IMG/VR virus record: IMGVR_UViG_3300010400_000025
Location: 1 to 50,607 of that record
From: a virus
Lineage: Duplodnaviria > Caudoviricetes
DNA length: 50,607 bases
Strand: one strand, 5' to 3'
Both the position numbers and the translations under genes were made by a program. Every line of letters starts with the position of its first letter. Position 1 is the first letter of the stretch. The notes under the pieces were generated by a model. The model saw only the letters and a list, made by a program, of their open reading frames with translations, did not search any database and was not told the origin of the DNA. This document shows, one piece after another, positions 24,335 to 31,101 of the stretch.

Positions 24335-24747
24335 GCTTCGACCTCGGCCACTACATCCTCGACGACGAGCGTCAGCCCGTGGAGTGCGGGCTGATGCGGT
24401 GGGCAAGGTGGATGCAGGATGAGCAGCGCTCGAAAGGAATCGTCGGCTCGACCAAGACGGAGCTTTACCGGGTGTCGACGGTGTTCCTCGGCCTCGACCA
24501 CGGCTGGGGACGCGGCCCCCCGGTTCTTTTCGAGACGATGGTTTTCGACAAGCAGCGCTCGATCGTCGAATGGCATGACGTGTTGGTGTCGATCCACAAG
24601 TCGGTCGACGAGGACGATTTCTTCCACCGCTACTCGACGTGGGATGAAGCCGAAGCGGGGCATAAGACGCTGGTCAGGCGCATCCGCAGAGCGGAAGCCG
24701 CAGCCAAGAAGATGGTGAAGCATGGCACTGGATTTGACGAGCCGTGA
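24331..24747 (+). CDS. Hypothetical phage protein (138 aa)
   Basis: VSTVFLGLDH...LFETMVF...RYSTWDEAEAGH; GTGA overlap. Confidence 0.8.
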   Translation: MSFDLGHYILDDERQPVECGLMRWARWMQDEQRSKGIVGSTKTELYRVSTVFLGLDHGWGRGPPVLFETMVFDKQRSIVEWHDVLVSIHKSVDEDDFFHRYSTWDEAEAGHKTLVRRIRRAEAAAKKMVKHGTGFDEP

Positions 24748-25054
24748 GGCACTCGCTTTTGGCGATTTTATGCGCTCCAACGGCTACTGGTTCGTGGTGC
24801 CGCTCGATGACGAGCACTACGCGTGTCTGTGCCAATTCGCCTACACATGCGCGATCCTAAAGGGTCGCTGGTTCGACAAGGCGGGCTACGATGATCGCTG
24901 GTGCTTCCACGATGCGGAAGCAGCCACGCGCGGCATGATCGACTGGTTCCTGGCCGATCCCCGGCCCGACGAGCCGACCGGCTGGCATCGGCATCCGCGC
25001 AGCGGACGTCGGCGCCCTGATGGCGATCCGGCCAAGGAGTATGTCAACCCATGA
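24722..25054 (+). CDS. Hypothetical phage protein (110 aa)
   Basis: YDDRWCF...EPTGWHRHPRSGRRRPDGDP. Confidence 0.75.
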   Translation: MALDLTSREALAFGDFMRSNGYWFVVPLDDEHYACLCQFAYTCAILKGRWFDKAGYDDRWCFHDAEAATRGMIDWFLADPRPDEPTGWHRHPRSGRRRPDGDPAKEYVNP

Positions 25055-25182
25055 CCTGGGGCCTGAATTGGTGGACGTTCCTGGTCTGGGTGGTCGGCTG
25101 GATGCTGCTCTTCCTGCTGCTGCCGCCGCGCTATGACCCGGCGATCCGTCTCAAGGAATGGCTGCAAAGAAGGCACAGATGA
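25051..25182 (+). CDS. Small membrane protein (43 aa)
   Basis: AAGGAG RBS and ATGA overlap; WWTFLVWVVGWMLLFLLLPPRYDPAIRLKE. Confidence 0.6.
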   Translation: MTWGLNWWTFLVWVVGWMLLFLLLPPRYDPAIRLKEWLQRRHR

Positions 25183-25298
25183 AGCACCAGCCGCCGCCGC
25201 TCCACCCTCCAGCTGTAGGATTGGTGATGCTCGCCCTAATCCTCAGTCACGGCGTCGTCTTCACCTGGGGCGTGCTGATCGGAGCCTGGGTTTGGTGA
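25179..25298 (+). CDS. Small membrane protein (39 aa)
   Basis: ATGA/GTGA overlaps; hydrophobic C-terminal helix. Confidence 0.5.
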   Translation: MKHQPPPLHPPAVGLVMLALILSHGVVFTWGVLIGAWVW

Positions 25299-25570
25299 GC
25301 GAGCAATTCGACATCCGCTGGATCGATCGCGGCAGACCGCCGAAGGTCGCGCCCAACCAGGCGTTCCCCGATGGCGTCGACATCGATCTGACGCTGGGGC
25401 GGGACGGACCGTCCTGCACGGTGGCGCTGCCGTACCCGACCGGCAAGACGAACATCGGCGCCTGGCTGATCGTTTGCCGGATGTGCCGCCTGCGCGTCGG
25501 CATCACGGCAGCCTCGCGGCCCGACGATCCGCGCTCGGTCAAGCTGGCCTGCAAGATTCACTGGAGTTGA
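25295..25570 (+). CDS. Cys-rich hypothetical protein (91 aa)
   Basis: CTVALPYP...CRMC...ITAASRPDDPRSVKLAC. Confidence 0.7.
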   Translation: MSEQFDIRWIDRGRPPKVAPNQAFPDGVDIDLTLGRDGPSCTVALPYPTGKTNIGAWLIVCRMCRLRVGITAASRPDDPRSVKLACKIHWS

Positions 25571-25575
25571 ATGGA

Positions 25576-25806
25576 ATGCTTCTCACGGAACGTGGCCGCA
25601 CGGCGGCGCTGGAGGGCCTGGCAGAGCGTCGGGCGGTCAACCGGGACCGACCACGCATCGACAATGCGAGCCTCCCTGCGGGCGCCCCTATGGTCTATTA
25701 CTGCATCGGCTGCGGCGCCGACATCGTCGTCCCCGAAGATTGGCTGACCAAGCCGGACTGCTGCCCACAATGCGCAGCGATGGTGAAGCTGGGATGGCTG
25801 GAATGA
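25576..25806 (+). CDS. Zn-finger protein (76 aa)
   Basis: NASLPAGAPMVYYCIGC...CPQC. Confidence 0.7.
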   Translation: MLLTERGRTAALEGLAERRAVNRDRPRIDNASLPAGAPMVYYCIGCGADIVVPEDWLTKPDCCPQCAAMVKLGWLE

Positions 25807-26444
25807 TCCCGATCCCGGCGCGCATGCAAAAACTCGATCGCGATCGGCGCGGCCTGCCGGTGCCGGTCATCGTGCTGCGCAACGACGACGGCACGCCGCT
25901 GTTCGCTGCTAATGACGGCCAGGCGGTGCAGAAGATCATCGCCCAGGATCGCTGCGAGGTGTGCGGCGAAAAACTGCTGCGCGGGCGCTGGTTCGTCGGC
26001 GGGCACCTGTCGGCGTTCGCCGAGCACGGGCGCTTCCTCGATCCGCCCATGCACGACGAGTGCGCCCACTACGCGCTGCAAGTCTGCCCGTACATGGCGG
26101 CGCCGAGCTACGGTCGCCTGGTCGGCAAAACCGCGCTGGCGCGCAGCGACCGCAAGGATATCATCCAGCTTGACGATCCGACCGCCGCGAACACCAGGCC
26201 GCCGTTCTTCGTGGCGGTGATGGTGGTCGGGCAAGTGGTGTCGACCGAGCGTGTGCTGCCCGGTGTCGACGTCGAGATGAGCCGCCTGTTCCACCCCAAA
26301 CCGGGCAGCGTGCGCCGCGTCGAAATCTGGCTGCAAGGACGCCAAATCGTCGGCGCTGCGCTAAAAGAACTCAAGGAATTCATCGGCGCCAGCCTGGCGT
26401 CGATCGACGAGAAACCCCGAGCCGATCTGTGGGCATTGCTATGA
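25803..26444 (+). CDS. Cys/His-rich hypothetical protein (213 aa)
   Basis: RGLPVP, CEVCG, PPMHDECAHYALQVCPY. Confidence 0.75.
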   Translation: MIPIPARMQKLDRDRRGLPVPVIVLRNDDGTPLFAANDGQAVQKIIAQDRCEVCGEKLLRGRWFVGGHLSAFAEHGRFLDPPMHDECAHYALQVCPYMAAPSYGRLVGKTALARSDRKDIIQLDDPTAANTRPPFFVAVMVVGQVVSTERVLPGVDVEMSRLFHPKPGSVRRVEIWLQGRQIVGAALKELKEFIGASLASIDEKPRADLWALL

Positions 26445-26815
26445 TCACGATCCCCGTCGTCGAAGTGCCGATCGTCGATTCCGACGGCGGCGTGGCACCG
26501 TTCACGCTGACTTTTTACGGCGTCCCTTTCGACGAGTTCATGGTCACGCCTGGCGGGGGAAACCGCGTCTACGAGGCGCTGCGCAGGCGTGGTTTTCACG
26601 GCTATGGCGCCTCGCCGTTTTTCATCAGGAGGAAGCGATTTGACCACATTCGAGGAGTTGCGCGCGCTGCTCCCGCAGCAGCTGAAGGTGGACCATCTGG
26701 GGCCGCTGACGATCCCGCTGCACGCCCTCCACGCGATGGGCCTCCGCTACGGCGAGGACCAATTCGCGCAAAAGGGTGGCTGTATCGCAACCTTTCTGAT
26801 CGCGATCAAAACTGA
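26441..26815 (+). CDS. Hypothetical protein (3' part overlaps the next gene)
   Basis: ATGA overlap at the start; the long 3' overlap lowers confidence. Confidence 0.4.
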   Translation: MITIPVVEVPIVDSDGGVAPFTLTFYGVPFDEFMVTPGGGNRVYEALRRRGFHGYGASPFFIRRKRFDHIRGVARAAPAAAEGGPSGAADDPAARPPRDGPPLRRGPIRAKGWLYRNLSDRDQN

Positions 26816-27197
26816 CATCTTCTGGTTGCAATCGGAGTTCGGCGACTGGCAGCACCGGGCGCTGGTCTACAGGTTCATCAACCGCCTCCTGAAGGCCTCC
26901 GATGCGCATGCCTACACCTTCCTGTCGGAAGCCTGGACGAGCAGCTGCGGCATCGACGAAGACCCTTCCGATGACGATTTCGTGCTGCCCGCCGACCGCC
27001 CCGAAAGCGAGCGCGACGAGATACTGATGGTGTCGAGCTTCGACAAAAAGGGCGCCTCGTTCTTCTCGAAATACCTGATCACGGCAGCGCGGCGACCGGG
27101 CAAGCTGGCCTGGCTGGGGCCGCGTGTCGACGAGAGCGCCGACGATCTCGGCGCCATTGAGGGGATGGCGTTCGACCTGTTCAGGAGAGGAGGCTGA
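26640..27197 (+). CDS. Hypothetical protein (185 aa)
   Basis: AGGAGG RBS before TTG 26640; YTFLSEAW...RDEILMV. Confidence 0.7.
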   Translation: MTTFEELRALLPQQLKVDHLGPLTIPLHALHAMGLRYGEDQFAQKGGCIATFLIAIKTDIFWLQSEFGDWQHRALVYRFINRLLKASDAHAYTFLSEAWTSSCGIDEDPSDDDFVLPADRPESERDEILMVSSFDKKGASFFSKYLITAARRPGKLAWLGPRVDESADDLGAIEGMAFDLFRRGG

Positions 27198-27198
27198 A

Positions 27199-27468
27199 AT
27201 GGAACAGCTGAGCGAAGACGAGCTTGACATCATCAGCCTGGGACGCTGCCCGAAATGCCGCAACAGAGGTTTCGTGGTCGGCCCGCAAGGTGCGCAGTCG
27301 ACCAACATCGAGTGCGCCAGCGAGGACTGCCGCCAGCGCTTCAACGTCGCCTTCTACGGCGGCAGGGCGATGATGGGGCAGACGCTGCCGGTCGGCCCGC
27401 TGTGGCCGAACGATCCGAGCCTGTGGGACGATGCGCGATCTGATCTGGATATGCCGGGACGGGCGTAG
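27199..27468 (+). CDS. Zn-ribbon protein (89 aa)
   Basis: GGAGG RBS; CPKC...GPQGAQSTNIEC...CRQRFNV. Confidence 0.7.
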   Translation: MEQLSEDELDIISLGRCPKCRNRGFVVGPQGAQSTNIECASEDCRQRFNVAFYGGRAMMGQTLPVGPLWPNDPSLWDDARSDLDMPGRA

Positions 27469-27610
27469 GCTGCGTGTCGCCGAGATGAGCGACAGCCACC
27501 TGAAGAACGCCATCCGCATGATCCTGCAGCGGCGTGGCTGGCGGGTCGAATTCCTGCCGCGCCTGATCCTCGAATTGGAGATCAGGGAGATGGGGCTCAG
27601 GCTCAAATGA
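27431..27610 (+). CDS. Small hypothetical protein (59 aa)
   Basis: WICRDGRRLRVAEMSDSHLKNAIRM; ATGA overlap with the next gene. Confidence 0.65.
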   Translation: MRDLIWICRDGRRLRVAEMSDSHLKNAIRMILQRRGWRVEFLPRLILELEIREMGLRLK

Positions 27611-27888
27611 ACACGATCTGCCCGTTCTGCCAAAAATGGTGCACCGACGCCGAGAGCTTCGACGATCCGACCGCAAGGCCGGTCGACGGCGACTATTCGA
27701 TCTGCATCGGCTGCGGCGAGTGGGGGGTGTTTGAGGGGTCGGCTGCTGGCGGCTTGCGCAAGCCGACCGACGCGGAATACGGTGAGATCGTGGCCACTCC
27801 CGAGATGACCAGGATGCGCCATGCCTGGGTGGCGATGAAGCGCGCCGAGCGGCGGCAAAACCGGCGGCAAAAGCGGAGGCGGAAATGA
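27607..27888 (+). CDS. Zn-finger protein (93 aa)
   Basis: CPFC...PVDGDYSICIGCG...LRKPT; basic tail. Confidence 0.75.
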   Translation: MNTICPFCQKWCTDAESFDDPTARPVDGDYSICIGCGEWGVFEGSAAGGLRKPTDAEYGEIVATPEMTRMRHAWVAMKRAERRQNRRQKRRRK

Positions 27889-27908
27889 TGTTGTATGATG
27901 GGCTAAAA

Positions 27909-28201
27909 ACTTGGGTCGGACTTGGGTCTTTTGTCCGACTTGGGTCGCACTTGGGTCGCGTTTTTATGGCTTTTGTCCTATCATACGTGACATACAACAG
28001 GCCTCAAAGGCTTGGAATAGGTGGATTTGTGCGTATGACGCAGGTTGTTCACGGTAGACAACAGAATCTTCATGCGATTCCCCGCTCCAATGAGAACATC
28101 CGCTTAACCTCCTGAAATCGCTGATTGATTTTGTTCACAGCCGACTTGGGTTCTGAAAACTTGGGTTTTTCCTGGGTTTTTTGGACCCGAAAAGGACCCG
28201 A
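27909..28201. repeat. attP-like locus with clustered 9-bp arm-type repeats
   Basis: ACTTGGGTC at 27909, 27920, 27938, 27949; ACTTGGGTT at 28144, 28159; inverted GGACCCGA at 28183, 28194. Non-coding, AT-richer, and where two operons converge. Confidence 0.6.
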
Positions 28202-28339
28202 TCGGTTCTCGTTCTGTGTCATACGCAGGAATAATTGTGGCATACGCAGCGTTTAAATGCATAAGTTTTCCGGCGGCGGTTTTTGGCATTTTTTCGCTGC
28301 CGTTTTTGGGGCCGGTCTTTCCAGAGATCGGCCCTTTTT

Positions 28340-29107
28340 TCACGACGCTGCCACGACCAACTCGCCGTTGATCTCGATCACCACCTCGACGTTGTCAGGC
28401 AACTCGATGTTGACGTGGACGATCGCCGGTTTCGGCATGGGCTCGGGCTCGGGCTCGGGTTCGGGCTCGGGTACTAGTTCCGGCACCCAGGCGTCGGTCA
28501 GCGCCGCCAGGAACTTGCCGTGGTAGCCTTTGATGAGGTTGCCGATCGACACGCCGTTCGACCACGACGGCACCTTCTTCTTGTCGCCGTTGATGATCTC
28601 GCGCGCCTCGTAGGCGTCATCGACGTGGTCGTTGAAATAGCGCGCCAGGGTCTGCCGCTTGCCATCGCTGGAGGCGCGATACCAGCCTTCGAACATGCCG
28701 ATGTACATGGCGTCAGCCGAGATCGCCGGATCGAGCGCACGCTCGGCGTGCCACTCCAGATCGTTCTTACCGATCAGGCCGAGCTTCTTCGTGGCCTTGG
28801 CGTAGTTCTCGCGCCAGGTCATCTGCACGTCGCCGCGCCCGTAGTAGGTCTGGCCGGTTTCGGGATCAGGCACGCCGTAGGCCATGCCCTTGCCCTTGCC
28901 GTACTCCTCGATCGGCCACATCGTCGAAGACGTCTCATGCATCGAGGTGGCGAGCGGATAGGCCAGCCACCTGAGATCAAGGTCGGCGTATTTCGCCTCC
29001 CAGACATCGAGCTTGAAGTTCAGACCGTCGACTTGCTGCTGAGTGAGCTTGCCGCCGAACAGCGAGGCGCGGACGCTGTCGAAGAAAACCTCGCGATTGA
29101 AGCTCAT
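28340..29107 (-). CDS. Endolysin, glycoside hydrolase family 19-like
   Basis: AYPLATSMHET...PIEEYG...YYGRGDVQMTWRENY...AREIING; (PE)n linker. Confidence 0.88.
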   Translation of the reverse strand: MSFNREVFFDSVRASLFGGKLTQQQVDGLNFKLDVWEAKYADLDLRWLAYPLATSMHETSSTMWPIEEYGKGKGMAYGVPDPETGQTYYGRGDVQMTWRENYAKATKKLGLIGKNDLEWHAERALDPAISADAMYIGMFEGWYRASSDGKRQTLARYFNDHVDDAYEAREIINGDKKKVPSWSNGVSIGNLIKGYHGKFLAALTDAWVPELVPEPEPEPEPEPMPKPAIVHVNIELPDNVEVVIEINGELVVAAS

Positions 29108-29583
29108 TGGAACAGCGCTCTGAGATCGACCGGGAATCGCGTCCGCCTTGGCACCGCCTCCGGCACGACCGGAGGTTGCACGCCCCAGTAGTCTGGAAAT
29201 TCCGGCAGCGGCGGTTGCGCCACCGCTTGCGGCGGCTGCTCGCCGAAATATTGCGGGAACTGTGGCGGCACGAACACCGGCTCCGGCGGCTGCTCGCCGA
29301 AATATTTCGGGAACTCCGGCGGGACGAATAGACTCTCGATGGTGGGCCTCGGCTGGGGCGTCGGCACCGCTGCCGTTTCCGCAGGCGCCGGTTCGCCCGC
29401 TGCCGCCGTTGCCGCCGCTGCCTGCGCCTGGCGCTGCAACGCGGTGCTGGAGCCACGGCCAGCAGCGATGTTGGCCGAGCGCACCGCCTGGTCACGTCTT
29501 GCCCCTTCGGTGTCACCGCCAGGATTGTAACGAGCCATCTCGCGCTGCAGCAGTGCTGCAAAATCTTCGGGCGATACGGGCAT
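29104..29583 (-). CDS. Pro-rich protein with an 18-aa internal repeat
   Basis: AGGAG RBS; FVPP.FP.YFGEQPP twice (DNA repeat 29230-29252 / 29284-29306). Confidence 0.7.
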   Translation of the reverse strand: MPVSPEDFAALLQREMARYNPGGDTEGARRDQAVRSANIAAGRGSSTALQRQAQAAAATAAAGEPAPAETAAVPTPQPRPTIESLFVPPEFPKYFGEQPPEPVFVPPQFPQYFGEQPPQAVAQPPLPEFPDYWGVQPPVVPEAVPRRTRFPVDLRALFQ

Positions 29584-29592
29584 GACGATCTC

Positions 29593-30150
29593 CTATCCGT
29601 AGAGGCTGCTCAGCCCAGCTTGCTGGAACATCGCACGGCGCCGATCGGCGTCGGCCTCGCGCTCTTTCTCACGCCGCTCTTCGGCCTTCTTCAGGAAGCC
29701 AAGGCCGATCGTGTTGATATCAGGGTTGAATGGCGACACCGGCACCTCGTTGGCGCCGATCAGGTCGCCGAACATCTGCGGCGCTGCTGTCGGCTGGGCG
29801 CTCATCATCGCACCCGTCGCTGACGTCGGGACCGCGAAGCTCTCAGCGTTCTGGGCGAGATTCTCGCCAAGGGTGCGTGAAGGATCGACTGGCCTGCCAG
29901 TCGCCTTCATCATCGCGATCGTGCTCGGGTCCCACCGCGCGAGCGGGATTTTCGAGGCGATGTCGGCCTGCTGCTCGTAGGTCGCGTTGAGCGGGTTGGG
30001 GGCATAGTTCCGACCGCCGAAGTCATCCCAGGTCCCCTCGGTGATCTGGAAGTAGCCCTGCGCCTGGCCAGACGACGTGCCTTGCGTAGTGTTGGCGATG
30101 TTGCGCCCGCCGCTTTCATTTCTGAGCAGAGCTTGAAGAAGCGTGGTCAT
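29593..30150 (-). CDS. Rpf-like lytic transglycosylase, probably virion-associated
   Basis: NESGG...AQGYFQITEGTWDDFGG.NYA....ATYEQQ matches the transglycosylase/Rpf pattern. Confidence 0.75.
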   Translation of the reverse strand: MTTLLQALLRNESGGRNIANTTQGTSSGQAQGYFQITEGTWDDFGGRNYAPNPLNATYEQQADIASKIPLARWDPSTIAMMKATGRPVDPSRTLGENLAQNAESFAVPTSATGAMMSAQPTAAPQMFGDLIGANEVPVSPFNPDINTIGLGFLKKAEERREKEREADADRRRAMFQQAGLSSLYG

Positions 30151-30794
30151 GTGTAGAGCCCCGCCAGGCCCAGCGGCGAGAACAGCGCCTCGCGCCGCTT
30201 GCGCTCATCCTCGGCCTCCCGATCGCGCCGCTCCTGCGCTCGCTGCAGGAACCCGAAGCCAGCTGCCGCCAGCGGATCGCTGATCGGCACGGAGGCCACG
30301 CTGGTAGGCGCCACCACGTCACCGAGCGCAGGCTGGAATGGAGGAGACCCTCCAGCCTGCGTCGGCGCCGTGCCGCGACCGGCGTTATACGCCGCCGCGA
30401 AGGTGGGGTCGGCGGTCGCTGCCGACTTGTTCGGTCCCCAGAACGCCGGATTGCCGCCGCCGACGTGGATGCCCCAATCGTAGTGGCCGATGCCAGGGAA
30501 AACCGGCGCCGCCGCCGTAATGTACTTTGCGTATAGCTCCTTGTTGGCATTCGGCAGCAGCTGCTGGCCGTCGCGCGAGAACACGATGTCGGCGGTGTGA
30601 CCGAACCCGCTAGCGTCCACGTCATGGCGATGTGAGCCGGTCCGATGCGGACCACTAGCGGGCTGGGCGCCTGAGACAATGTCGAGGCTGAGCGTCGGAT
30701 CGATGCCTTGCAGGATCGCGTACATGCGATCGAGATCGGCCTGCGCCACGGGCAGGCTGCGGACTTTTCCAGCGGTGAGGTTGCGGATCGGCAT
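30147..30794 (-). CDS. Peptidase M15-like (Hedgehog/DD-peptidase fold) protein, probably virion-associated
   Basis: IVSG...GSHRH...ADI...GIGHY..GIHV zinc-ligand pattern. Confidence 0.75.
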   Translation of the reverse strand: MPIRNLTAGKVRSLPVAQADLDRMYAILQGIDPTLSLDIVSGAQPASGPHRTGSHRHDVDASGFGHTADIVFSRDGQQLLPNANKELYAKYITAAAPVFPGIGHYDWGIHVGGGNPAFWGPNKSAATADPTFAAAYNAGRGTAPTQAGGSPPFQPALGDVVAPTSVASVPISDPLAAAGFGFLQRAQERRDREAEDERKRREALFSPLGLAGLYT

Positions 30795-30834
30795 CGATAT
30801 CTCTATGTATGTCACACGTCCTTGGAGAAATTAA

Positions 30835-31101
30835 ATGATCGTCGTCCCGATTTCCTTTAGTCTGTTCGCCGCACTCGCGGTTGGGTTCGCCCTGCTCTGC
30901 GGCTTCCTGTGGCTGGTCAACCTACCCGCCGCGCTCGGGCGCAGCATGGCGCGCAAGAGGAACCAAGGGTGGCGCGAAGCCGACGCCCGCAAAGTTACCG
31001 CAGCCATGATGAAGCCGGTCATCGGACGGGCTCCTGATCAGGGTTGCCGTACAGCAGATTCAGCCCCTGCAAGCCGGTCCGAGCAATCGCCTCGGGGATG
31101 A
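30835..31101 (+). CDS. Small membrane protein on the opposite strand to the late operon
   Basis: GGAG RBS, N-terminal TM helix, basic segment after it. Confidence 0.6.
   Translation: MIVVPISFSLFAALAVGFALLCGFLWLVNLPAALGRSMARKRNQGWREADARKVTAAMMKPVIGRAPDQGCRTADSAPASRSEQSPRG

Noticed and set aside
28070-28090. CGATTCCCCGCTCCA as a tRNA or tmRNA 3' end
   Set aside because: No T-arm stem or cloverleaf can be built; kept only as part of the possible att core. No tRNA gene was seen anywhere in the window.
28439-28470. CTCGGG hexamer run as a contingency locus
   Set aside because: It is an in-frame Pro-Glu linker of the endolysin, so length changes would not switch phase.
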